From: Macrostomum hystrix
Lineage: Eukaryota > Animalia > Platyhelminthes
Direction of reading: 5' to 3'
NCBI GenBank assembly: GCA_950097015.1
Contig: CATNEN010000030.1
Location: 1,612,001-1,676,000, forward strand
Length of the DNA: 64,000 nt
The position numbers were made by a program, and so were the translations under genes. This document shows positions 13,995-26,900 of the stretch, piece by piece (position 1 is the stretch's first letter; every line of letters begins with the position of its first letter). The notes under the pieces were generated by a model. The model worked only from the letters and a program-made list of their open reading frames with translations. It made no database searches and had not been told where the DNA came from.

Positions 13995-16900
13995 CTACCA
14001 CAGCTCCAGTGGTTGGAGAGCGGGTGCCGCCGAGACGCGTTCGTGCAGCCGAAACTTCTGACTAATCACAGTGCGCACATCCGTTTCCTGGGGGCGGCGG
14101 GATCGGGGCACTGCACTTCATGACATGGGTGAGAGTGGAGAACGAAGGGTGAGAGTAGAGAACGAAGGCTGAGAGTGGAGAACGAAGGGTGAGACTAGAG
14201 AATGAAGGGTGAGAATAGAGAAGAATAGAGAGGGCAGAAAAGGGTGAGAATAGAGATCGAAGGGTGAGAATAGAAAACGAAGGGTGAGAATAGAGAACGA
14301 AGGGTGAGAATAGAGAGTGGAGAGGGTAGAGAAGGGTGAGATTAGATAAGGGTGAGAGTAGAGAAAGGTGAGAGTAGAGAAGGGAGAGAGAGCATAGAGA
14401 AGGAACGGTGAGAGTAGAAAAGGGAGAGAGTGCAGAAGGAAGGGTGAGAGTGGAGAAGGAAGGGTGAGAGTAGAGAATGGTGCGAATAGAGAAAAGGGTG
14501 AGAATAGAGAAGGGTGAGAGTAGAGAAGGGAGGGTGAGAGTAGAGAAGGGTGAGAGTGGAGACGTGTGAAAAAAGGAGAGAGGAAAACAGAAGGGTGATA
14601 CTATAGATAAGAGTCGGGAGAGAGGAGATGCAACAGAATACTGGGAGCTACAAGCAGACAGGTAAAGACCAACAGCCACAAACCTGACTAGCAATGAGCT
14701 CAAGAAAGGGCAGAAGTTTGTACAGCTCCCTGTCCTCCGAGTCGGTGTACCAGGAGGAGATGGGGATGCCATTGCTGAGCTGGTAGGCGAATGCCTGGGG
14801 CGAATTGTCCACAATGACAGTGGCTGACATGTCCCGGTCCAGGATGCTCAGGTCCTTGATGTAGTTGCCTTGGACCGAGACGCAGTGCTCACGAAACAGC
14901 CGGTGCCTGACACGCGGTGAATGGGGTGGTGGAGACATTAAGACTCATGGAAAGACAGGCAGACTGACTCATGGAAACACTGGCAGACTGACTCATGGAA
15001 ACACTGGCAGACTGACTCATGGAAACACTGGCAGACTGACTCATGGAAACACTGGCAGACTGACTCATGGAAACACTGGCAGACTGACTCATGGAAACAC
15101 TGGCAGACTGACTCATGGAAACACTGGCAGACTGACTCATGGAAACACTGGCAGACTGACTCATGGAAACACTGGCAGACTGACTCATGGAAACACTGGC
15201 AGACTGACTCATGGAAACACTGGCAGACTGACTCATGGAAACACTGGCAGACTGACTCATGGAAACACTGGCAGACTGACTCATGGAAACACTGGCAGAC
15301 TGACTCATGGAAACACTGGCAGACTGACTCATGGAAACACTGGCAGACTGACTCATGGAAACACTGGCAGACTGACTCATGGAAACACTGGCAGACTGAC
15401 TCATGGAAACACTGGCAGACTGACTCATGGAAACACTGGCAGACTGACTCATGGAAACACTGGCAGACTGACTCATGGAAACACTGGCAGACTGACTCAT
15501 GGAAACACTGGCAGACTGACTCATGGAAACACTGGCAGACTGACTCATGGAAACACTGGCAGACTGACTCATGGAAACACTGGCAGACTGACTCATGGAA
15601 ACACTGGCAGACTGACTCATGGAAACACTGGCAGACTGACTCATGGAAACACTGGCAGACTGACTCATGGAAACACTGGCAGACTGACTCATGGAAACAC
15701 TGGCAGACTGACTCATGGAAACACTGGCAGACTGACTCATGGAAACACTGGCAGACTGACTCATGGAAACACTGGCAGACAGACACTGGCAGACAGACAC
15801 TGGCAGACAGACACTGGCAGACAGACACTGGCAGACAGACACTGACAGACAGACACTGACAGACACTGACAGACAGACACTGGCAGACAGACAAGCAGGC
15901 TGAGTGACTAGCTGAGAGACAGGCAGGTGACAGATACGCACCTGATGTAGCGCTTCTCGGGGTCCAGAATGTCCAGCAGGGCGTCAGCGTAGTCGCGAAT
16001 GCTGGCGGTGAACAGCACCACCTCGAACAGTTGGGAGACTCGTTGCAGAAACTCGTGAAATCCTGGCCGCAGTTTCACGTGCACTTTGTATTCCACAAAT
16101 TCGAACGATACAGGAAATGTGAGGTCTGCGCCATGCAGGAAATTGTCCACACTGGAGTGGACCAGGGTCTCGTCTAGGTCCAGCACCAGGGTGCAGCGCG
16201 GAGTGCGCCGGGTCTTCCTAGGCAGCACCGGGGCTCGATTGAGGCCCGCTGGCAATGCCGGCGGCAGGTTGCGAATGAAGCTGAACCTGGCGATTGAACA
16301 TTGCAGATTCGAACCCATGACCTTTGAGTTTTGATGCGCAGATGAAATATATTAAACCATATTAAATTGTGACGGAGCAACTTACGGATCGACCAAGGCC
16401 AAGTCCTCGGCATTGGCACTATAGCTGTACTCCTCTGGATCCGTGTACTTTCTAGCCAACTGCTGCTGCTGCTGCCCGCCCTGGCTAGGCAGCGCGGCAG
16501 AATCACGCACGAATGCATTCTCATCTGTGACCGGAGCAGTCTCGGCAGCCGAGGGCACACTGGCGTGGCCTGCATTGCCGGCATCGGCAGTGGCAGCCGA
16601 CGCCTCAATCTCTTCGTCGGATTCTTCATCGGACGAGTCTTGAATGCGATTTTCACCATCGGGGCCAGCAGCAGCAGCAGCAGGCTCTATGGCGATCGCA
16701 GGCGCAGTTGCTCCAGCAGCCGACGATGCTAGCTGCTGTTGCTTCTCAGAATTGACGCCGACGCAGCGGCGACGCCTTTTTCGAATCAGATGCCTTCTGG
16801 CACGTCGACGAGTTCTCAGGCGGTCCGGCTGCTGCCCTGCATGGCCTTCGTCATCCTCTGTAGTGTTATTGTTGGTGTCGCCGGTTTCAAATGCGGGCGA

Positions 16901-17107
16901 GAATAGCCGGCCGTGCAGGTGACTTCGGCTTCGTTTCGGAGTGGTGGGGGCATTAGCCTCAGCAGCAATAGCGGAGTCCTTAGCAACCGGATGCTCGGGA
17001 TGCCGAAGCCGGCGCAGTCGCTGGGTGGAACTAATAAAGGACACTCCGCCGCCGCAGACAACCGCTGGAGCGGTTTGAATTCGCTGAATCCTGGCGTGGC
17101 CCAGCAT
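13995..17107 (-). CDS. CTDSPL2: CTD small phosphatase-like protein 2 (SCP4, FCP/HAD family), 4 exons, ~460 aa
   Basis: Exons 17107-16386, 16286-15942, 14906-14684 and 14087-13995, all GT..AG with matching phases. Motifs [76 protein letters not shown]. Confidence 0.93.
14125..14580. repeat. Purine-rich degenerate repeat (GGGTGAGAGTAGAGAA-like) in CTDSPL2 intron 3
   Basis: Seen directly. Confidence 0.85.
14942..15900. repeat. Near-perfect 24-bp minisatellite (ACTCATGGAAACACTGGCAGACTG) with a 14-bp-unit tail, CTDSPL2 intron 2
   Basis: Seen directly; fills intron 14907-15941. Confidence 0.97.
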
Positions 17108-17416
17108 GTTCTAGATGTTGTCAAGGCTGAAGAAGCTTGTAAGAATGGCCTACTTTCACTGCTGCGGCTGCTGCTGCTGTTGCTTACGCCGGCCTCTAGT
17201 CAGAGAAGCGCGGTTTTTCTTGCGAAATTATTTCTAGCCGCTAGCGGTTTGCTAAGACTTTTCTTTCTTTCCGAGCTGTAAAGCAAAATAAATGTTATAT
17301 TTCTATTATATTATAAGTGACTAATTAGCTACTGCTACTGATTTTGTTTATAGTTTAGAGCTTAGATCCAAAGGCTAGATTTCTTCATGGTTTCTATACC
17401 AAAAATACAAGTTCCC

Positions 17417-17575
17417 GCCTGACCAATTAGACATCGAAGACCAGTTCCAGCCTGACCAATTAGACATCGAAGACCAGTTCCAGCCTGACCAATCAGACAT
17501 CAAAGACCAGTTCCAGCCTGACCAATCAGACATCGAAGACCAGTTCCAGCCTGACCAATCAGACATCAAAGAACA
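17417..17575. repeat. 33-bp tandem repeat, ~5 copies, between TOP2 and CTDSPL2
   Basis: Unit GCCTGACCAATTAGACATCGAAGACCAGTTCCA. Confidence 0.9.
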
Positions 17576-17944
17576 GTTTTATAGACACCAGTCTAGACAA
17601 CGTGCCTAAAAGCCACCTTTTCCATTCTAACAATGAGATAAATGACAAAGAAAGCCAGGTCTTGACAATTCGGTAGAAAAAATGCACGAAAAAATAACTA
17701 CAAAAGTATTTATGACATACGCACTTCTGCAAAGCAAAGTTAAAGGCTTATCATTAGGAACGCATAAATAAGTGCTTCCGCTAAAAAATGCCACTGCGAA
17801 TATCAAAATACGAGGATGAAAAAGTGATCCTTAACACCTCAATTAAAAAGCCTAATGGTCAAGCATGGATGAACAGATCAACGACAGACTATAAGGAGCA
17901 AATTTAAGGAGCTATTTTTAACTGAAGTTGCAGCAACTCAACAA

Positions 17945-20900
17945 TCAGAAGTCGGGCAGATCGCACGGTGGCGGCACAGCAGTTGGAAACAGACCCGCTG
18001 GTAAGTGTATCATCGCTCTATTGGTAGAGTTACTGTCTGGCAGATTGGCGCGCCGACTGCTGCTGCTTCTGCCTTCAGAGCTATTAGCATTGTTTGATGG
18101 AACCTGGTATAAAGAACAAATGAGCGTGGGAATGAGATTATACTTTCCAAACTAAACTTATCACCAGAGAGTCGCCCAGCCTCCTTTAGCTAATCTGCAA
18201 GCCTCCAATCCTTCATCAGGTCCCCCAGCCTCCAATCCTTCATCAGATCCCCCAGCCTCCAATCCTTCTGCTAATCTGCCAGCCTCCAATCCTTCATCAG
18301 ATCCCCCAGCCTCCAATCCTTCTGCTAATCTGCCAGCCTCCAATCCTTCATCAGATCCCCCAGCCTCCAATCCTTCTGCTAATCTGCCAGCCTCCAATCC
18401 TTCATCAGGTCTCCCAGCCTCCAATCCTTTGTCAGGTCTCCCAGCCTCCAATCCTTGCTAATCTGCCAGCCTCCAATCCTTCATCAGATCCCCCAGCCTC
18501 CAATCCTTCTGCTAATCTGCCAGCCTCCAATCCTTCATCAGATCCCCCAGCCTCCAATCCTTCTGCTAATCTGCCAGCCTCCAATCCTTCATCAGGTCTC
18601 CCAGCCTCCAATCCTTCGTCAGGTCTCCCAGCCTCCAATCCTTTAACGGACCACCGCCAGGAATTTTGAGGTATGAGGGACCAATTAGTCCACACAAAAT
18701 TTCAGCATAATGACAAACCTCATCAGCTTCAGCTGGCTCTTCGCCATTCATCAGCTTGGCCTCCTCAGCCGCAAAGGCGGCAGCGCCGGCCTCCAAAACG
18801 TCCAGATCGTCCAGCCAGGCCCTGGCCGGCGTCATCTCGGATAGTCGACGCAGCCGTCCGGACATTTCTTCCAAGTCACGCAACAGACGCTGCCGACGGT
18901 CCAGCGTGAGCGACCTGACTGGCATGCGCAGCAAATATTCTAATTTGCCGGCGTCTCCTTCGCTACAATCATCGTCGGAATCTGAGTCCCCGCCCAGTTG
19001 TCGGGTGTCTTGGCTAGCCGACAGTCGCCAAGCGCGCACCGGATCAGGCTCGAAACCAGCTTCGACCAGTTTTAGCCGAATCTCGCTGGCACCGGCTAAG
19101 CCTGACAGCCTCAGGCGACCTTCGGCTACGTCTAAAGCAAACCTGGCTTGGTTGCTTAGCAACCGAACTGACGCATCCAGACCGGCTATTAGATGCTCTA
19201 GGCGACGCTTGTACATGTCTAGGCGAAGATCGAAATATTCTTGAAAGATTTGGCGCACTGTGGGGAACCTGATGGCGGTGTGTTAGCAAATTAATATGTT
19301 AGCGACGGGCCTCATGGGACTCAGAAACAGGGGATGGAACTGAGGATCATGGGGGATGGAACAGAGGATCAGTGAGTGGAATTCAGGATCAGGGATGGAA
19401 CTAAAATCAGTGGATGGAACTGAGGATCAGTGAGTGGAACTGAAGATCAGTGGATGGAACTGAGGATCAGTGGGTGGAACTGAAGATCAGTGGATGGAAC
19501 TGAGGATCAGTGGATGGAACTGAAGATCAGTGAGTGGAACTGAGGATCAGTGAGTGGAACTGAGGATCAGTGAGTGGAACTGAGGATCAGTGAGTGGAAC
19601 TGAGGATCAGTGAGTGGAACTGAGGATCAGTGAGTGGAACTGAGGATCAGTGAGTGGAACTGAGGATCAGTGAGTGGAACTGAGGATCAGTGAGTGGAAC
19701 TGAGGATCAGTGAGTGGAACTGAGGATCAGTGAGTGGAACTGAGGATCAGTGAGTGGAACTGAGGATCAGTGAGTGGAACTGAGGATCAGTGGATGGAAC
19801 TGAGGATCAGTGGATGGAACTGAGGATCAGTGGATGGAACTGAGGATCAGTGGATGGAACTGAGGATCAGTGAGTGGAACTGAGGATCAGTGAGTGGAAC
19901 TGAGGATCAGTGAGTGGAACTGAGGATCAGTGAGTGGAACTGAGGATCAGTGAGTGGAACTGAGGATCAGTGAGTGGAACTGAGGATCAGTGAGTGGAAC
20001 TGAGGATCAGTGGGTGGAACTGAGGATCAGTGGGTGGAACTGAAGATCAGTGGGTGGAACTGAGGATCAGTGGATGGAACTGAAGATCAGTGAGTGGAAC
20101 TGAGGATCAGTGAGTGGAACTGAGGATCAGTGAGTGGAACTGAGGATCAGTGAGTGGAACTGAGGATCAGTGGATGGAACTGAGGATCAGTGGATGGAAC
20201 TGAGGATCAGTGGATGGAACTGAGGATCAGTGGATGGAACTGAAGATCAGTGAGTGGAACTGAGGATCAGTGAGTGGAACTGAGGATCAGTGAGTGGAAC
20301 TGAGGATCAGTGAGTGGAACTGAGGATCAGTGAGTGGAACTGAAGATCAGTGAGTGGAACTGAGGATCAGTGAGTGGAACTGAGGATCAGTGGATGGAAC
20401 TGAGGATCAGTGGCTAGAACTGAGGATCAGTGAGTGGAACTGAGGATCAGTGAGTGGAACTGAGGATCAGTGAGTGGAACTGAGGATCAGTGGATGGAAC
20501 TGAGGATCAGTGGATGGAACTGAGGATCAGTGGATGGAACTGAGGATCAGTGAGTGGAACTGAGGATCAGTGGATGGAACTGAGGATCAGTGGATGGAAC
20601 TGAGGATCAGTGGATGGAACTGAGGATCAGTGAGTGGAACTGAGGATCTGTGAGTGGAACTGAGGATCAGTGAGTGGAACTGAGGATCAGTGAGTGGAAC
20701 TGAGGATCAGTGAGTGGAACTGAGGATCAGTGAGTGGAACTGAGGATCAGTGGATGGAACTGAGGATCAGTGAGTGGAACTGAGGATCTGTGAGTGGAAC
20801 TGAGGATCAGTGGATGGAACTGAGGATCAGTGAGTGGAACTGAGGATCAGTGGATGGAACTGAGGATCAGTGGATGGAACTGAGGATCAGTGGATGGAAC

Positions 20901-23900
20901 TGAGGATCAGTGAGTGGAACTGAGGATCTGTGAGTGGAACTGAGGATCAGTGAGTGGAACTGAGGATCAGTGAGTGGAACTGAGGATCAGTGAGTGGAAC
21001 TGAGGATCAGTGAGTGGAACTGAGGATCAGTGAGTGGAACTGAGGATCAGTGAGTGGAACTGAGGATCAGGAAGAGGACACTGAAAACCGGGAATGATTA
21101 CAACTATACGCACCTTCGCATCCGGTCCTCGCAGTCTGCCAGCACCATGGAGCTGGTGCTGATGACGCTGCTCAGCCGGAAATAGCGATACAATCCAATC
21201 CGCTTGGCCCTAGCCCGCTGAGCCATGCTGAGCCTGAGCAGAAATCTAACTCGCCTATCCGAGCAATAGTTATTGACAGTCTCAGCTAGCCCAGCCAGCT
21301 GACAGCCGTACGGCTCGCTCCAAACTCGCGCTGGCAGTTCGTTGATTTCGTAAATTCCAGTAGAGTCGCCATCGTAGGATAATATCCTGCCGTAAGAGAC
21401 AAAGCGGTTACCGTCCGGCAGGGGAACAATGGGGCCAGTTAGGCCGCGATACGACGGCACCATGTCGTCTAGTTGATTACGGCCCAAATCATTGGTTAGA
21501 ACTCGTCTGAGGTTGGCTATTACATCGGCCAGCGAGTAATTGGGTATACTGGTGTTCCATCCCGTGCCAATGCCCTCAGCACCGTTTACTAGCGCCATCG
21601 GCACCACAGGACAGTAGCTGCAAGGTGATAGGTCTGAGATAAACTCTGACAGATCAAAGATACAGTCTGACAGACTCTCATACAGACTGACAGACTCTCT
21701 TACTGACAGACTCTCATACAGACTGAGACTCTCTTACTGACTGACGGACTCTCATACTGACTGACAGACTCTCATACTGACTGACAGACTCTCATACTGA
21801 CTGACTGACAGACTCTCATACTGACTCACAGACTATCATACAGACTGACAGACTCTCATTACTGACTGACAGACTCTCATACTGACTGACAGACTCTCTT
21901 ACTGACTGACTGACTCTCATAAGGACTGACAGACTCTCATACTGACTGACAGACTCTCATACAGACTGACAGACTCTCATAAGGACTGACAGACTCTCTT
22001 ACTGACTGACAGACTCTCATACAGACTGACAGACTCTCATAAGGACTGACAGACTCTCTTACTGACTGACAGACTCTCATACAGACTGACAGACTCTCAT
22101 AAGGACTGACAGACTCTCTTACTGACTGACAGACTCTCATACAGACTGACAGACTCTCATAAGGACTCGACTGACAGACTCTCTTACTGACTGACAGATG
22201 TCACTTAACAATCAGAAATAATGAAGGCGCCAACCTGACGGGTTCCACTCGAACGCCATCCTCCAGCCGATAGTTCAGCAAGGCGTCATCGTCCGGATGA
22301 TAGATGAGCCTAGCCATGGGTGATAGGCAGGTATAAATATACCTGGATGCGGCGAAGTCTTTGCCACCGAGAAGGCGAGAACCAAACTGACCGCCAGGCA
22401 GCAATAGGTTGACATTGTTGGAGCCGGGAAAGTCCTGGGCCAGGCCAACTATGGTACTGTGCAGGGCTGCGTCGCCGTGTTTGTAAGCGGTCAGTTCGGC
22501 GACACTGCCCGCCAGCTGGGGCAATCTGATTGGCTGCCTTTGCCGACGCTTAAAACAGACGTACATCACCTTGCGCTGCGATGGCTTTAATCCGTCTAGG
22601 AGAGCAGGTATCGATCGGCGATTGTCTGCGAGAGAGAACTGCACCAGTTCCCGATGGATGAAGTCCGAGCAAGTTAACTCGCCGCAGTCGGTGGATAATG
22701 ACGTTGATGAGGCTAGCGGAGGAGCCCTGCGTGAAGGTAATTAATGCTTGTATAGCGCTTGAAGGCATGATTGGGAAAACGGACAGGAAGATACTGACAG
22801 ACAGACAAAAAGTACAGTATGGAAGACACAAAGAGTGGACAAAGAAAGGGTAAACAGTCAGGGAGCACAGACTGAGGACACAGGACGGGGACACAGGCAG
22901 GGGACACAGGACGGGGACACAGGCAGGGGACACAGGCAGGGGACACAGGCAGGGGACACAGGCAGGGGACACAGGCAGGGAACACAGGCAGGGGACACAG
23001 GCAGGGGACACAGGCAGGGGACACAGGCAGGGGACACAGGCAGGGGACACAGGCAGGGGACACAGGCAGGGGACACAGGCAGGGGACACAGCCGGTCACT
23101 CACTCGGGTTGGGCAGCTCGGTCAGCCAGCCAGGCCTTGCGCGCATCGGTGTCTGGTCCGAACGCCAGCACCAGAGCATTGTCGTCTAGCTCGCCGCCGC
23201 TGCCCGCCTCGCGTCGAACCAGTCGAACGGACTGGCCGGCCAGCAGTTGGGCGAAGAATCGCCTACCCTCGGCAGCGGTGAAGGCGCCAAGTCCTTTGTA
23301 ATACTTTACTGTCCAACGTTGCCAGCCGGGTGTCTCGGCCGCCCATTTGTTCAGCTCCACGGTTGAATAGAACTCACGACTGCCTTCTGGCTTAGCCCCA
23401 GACAGAGGAGGCGTCGCTTTAGCCAGAGGCGTAATTAAAAGTCGCAAAAAATCCCAACGCCTTAGCAACAATTCCGGCCAGAAGCAGTGCAATAGATTCA
23501 AAATCAGGCCACGAATGTGGGTGCCGTCTGTGTCCTGATCGGCCATTACTAGCAGGCGGCGATAATTCAAGCTGGCCAGATCTGCCTCGGTCTCGTAGCG
23601 CTTGTTGATCTGACATAACATAAATTTATGATAGCTTTTGATGCTACTGCAACTTTAATTGGCTGCACATTCCCTGAACTGCACATTCCCTAAACTGCAC
23701 ATTCCCTAAACTGCACATTCCCTAAACTGCACATTCCCTAAACTGCACATTGCGGGTTCCCTGAACTGCACATTCCCTGAACTGCACATTCCCTGAACTG
23801 CACATTCCTTGAACTGCACATTCCCTAAACTGCACATTCCCTGAACTGCACATTCCCTAAACTGCACATTCCCTAAACTGCACATTCCCTGAACTGCACA

Positions 23901-26900
23901 TTCCCTGAACTGCACATTCCCTAAACTGCACATTCCCTGAACTGCACATTCTCTAAAATACACATTCCCTAAACTGCACATTCTTTAAAATACACATTCT
24001 CTAAAATACACATTCCCTAAACTGCACATTCTTTAAAATACACATTCTCTAAACTGCACATTCTCTAAACTGCACATTCTCTAAACTGCACATTCTCTAA
24101 AATACACATTCTCTAAACTGCACATTCTCTAAACTGCACATTCCCTGAACTGCACATTCCCTGAACTGCACATTCTCTAAACTGCACATTCTCTAAACTG
24201 CACATTCTACTACCTAGTATGCTAGTAGAACTCACCCGCAATCCAACAACATCGCACAGCAGTTTCAACAATCGACTCTTCTCAAGCGTCTCAGGCCTGA
24301 CATCCCTAGTATTGAGCACTTTGCCCCGCAGGGCCAATACACCGAATCGGTCGCGACCTCCAGGCACAGCAGCGGCGCCTGCCACGGCCAGCGCCTTGGC
24401 TGAGTCGCCCTCCGTCAGCACCAAGACACAGTCAGCAGAGCCTCGGCTGCCGCCAGAAACTAGATTAGCGTGCTGCAGCTTGCCAGCAGGACACGGCTGC
24501 GGCAGCTTCGGTGCCGTCGCCTAAATGAAGCTGCGAATCACCGCCGCCACTCTCTGCTTTCTTAGAAAGCTTTTTAGACTCGGCCGCGCCGGTCGTCATC
24601 GAGTTATAGATGGCCCACCCGACGCTGCCAGACTTGCGCACATCCGACAGGTGGACAACAAAGTCGCCGCTGGCGGCAGTCAGAGAGTCGGGCAGCAGGG
24701 CAGCGTCGCCAAACTTTGTCGAGGACAATGTTAGCCGCCGTTTAGCCTGCGACTCGAAGCTAGGATTGTCAATGCGACAGCTGCAGAATAGCCAAAGGCG
24801 TTGGCGCACCTGAGCCGGCTTAATCGCTGGCGGCCAGGTGTTAATTAAGCGAGCTAATCTCTTACGATTGCGCAAAGAAGATTCTACAGCGTCGGTCAGA
24901 GGACGCAACAGCCGGTCGCACAGAAGATCAACGTGACGGCCACCGGCTGGCGTCGAGATGGCGTTTACAAAGCTAACGTGACGAAAGCCTTCAGCAGAGG
25001 GCGTCGCGCAGGCGGCCACCAGCCAGCGCTGATTGGCTGCGCTAACCAGCAGGCTACCCGGCGGAATGTACATCTTGCAGTATTCGATAAAACTCGACAC
25101 TGGCACCCTTTGTCCGTTAAAGTACACGCGCACTCCGGGACACGTGGCCGCCAAATCGTAGGCGCGCCGATTGATTAAAGCCAGAAAGTCTTCATTTAAA
25201 CCGGACTGATCTGCTCCGAATCTGGTTAAATCCGGTTTGAAGGCGACCCGAGTGAAATCTGGGCCGGAACTGGCCGCAACCTGGAAATATTAGTGTCAGT
25301 TTGTGAGATTCAGAAATTTACTAAAATATACCTGGATTCTTTTAACTGCCAGAGATAACTGGAGGAATGACAAAAATTCTCACAAACTCCCACAAACTCT
25401 CACCCCGTTGAGTTCGTCGGAGACAATAAACTCTCACCCGTTGAGTTGGTCGGAGACCATAAACTCTCACCCGTTGAGTTGGTCGGAGACCATAAACTCT
25501 CACCCCGTTGAGTTGGTCGGAGACCATAAACTCTCACCCCGTTGAGTTGGTCGGAGACCATAAACTCTCACCCCGTTGAGTTGGTCAGGAGACCATAAAC
25601 TCTCACCCCGTTGAGTTGGTCGGAGACCATAAACTCTCACCCCGTTGAGTTGGTGGGAGACCATAAACTCTCACCCCGTTGAGTTGGTCGGAGACCATAA
25701 ACTCTCACCCCGTTGAGTTGGTCAGTGACCATAAACTCTCACCCCGTTGAGTTGGTCGGAGACCATAAACTCTCACCCCGTTGAGTTGGTCGGAGACCAT
25801 AAACTCTCACCCGTTGAGTTGGTCGGAGATCATAAACTCTCACCCGTTGAGTTGGTCGGAGACCATAAACTCTCACCCGTTGAGTTGGTCGGACACCATA
25901 AACTCTCACCCCGTTGAGTTGGTCGGAGACCATAAACTCTCACCCCGTTGAGTTGGTCGGAGACAATAAACTCTCACCCCGTTGAGTTTGTCGGAGACAA
26001 TAAACTCTCTCGGAGTTTATGGTCTCCGACCACCCCGTTGAGTTGGTCGGAGACAATAAACTCTCACCCCGTTGAGTTGGTCGGAGACCATAAACTCTCA
26101 CCCCGTTGAGTTGGTCGGAGACCATAAACTCTCACCCCGTTGAGTTGGTCGGAGACCATAAACTCTCACCCCGTTGAGTTGGTCAGGAGACCATAAACTC
26201 TCACCCCGTTGAGTTGGTCGGAGACCATAAACTCTCACCCCGTTGAGTTGGTCAGTGACCATAAACTCTCACCCCGTTGAGTTGGTCGGAGACCATAAAC
26301 TCTCACCCCGTTGAGTTGGTCGGAGACCATAAACTCAGCCTTTTGATTTGGTTACTGAAACTGTATATTTTCTAAGAAAGCATTAAGCTAACTGAGAGAA
26401 TTAGATTGAATAAAAGCATCTCACCCACCTCAGGTCTGCCAGCCACGGTCATATTGTCGGCCCAAGTCTGGCAGAAGCCTAACCCGGTCTCGCTAGATCT
26501 AGTCTCAACCGTGAACTGACGGCTATAAATATTGCACAGCTTGGCGCCGAAACCGTTTCGTCCGCCCGTGGTTGATTTGACCGAGTCGTCGAAATTGCTA
26601 GAAGTTAACAGTCGGCCAAACAGCAGGCTGGGCACGTACTGACCTGGAGCATCCGGGTGTAGGACAACTGGCACACCGCGGCCATTGTTCCACACCTCCA
26701 TTGTGCCAGTGGACGAGTCCAGGGACACACGAATCTCAGTAGTGCCAGCCGGATCTCGTTGCCAATTATCGGCCGCATTGACCAGTATCTCGTCACAGAT
26801 GCGATACAGGCCGGGCGAGAATGCTAGATCGCGTTCAAGCATACGAGTGCCGTCTGGCTGGACTGTCCAGACCCGCTGCTTGGCCGGCTCGGTGGATCCT

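Noticed and set aside
14865-15941. 318-350-aa repetitive ORFs ([24 protein letters not shown])
   Set aside because: Minisatellite inside a CTDSPL2 intron
24515-24530. Ty1-type +1 frameshift signal in TOP2
   Set aside because: In-frame codons are CAT TTA GGC, not CTT AGG C
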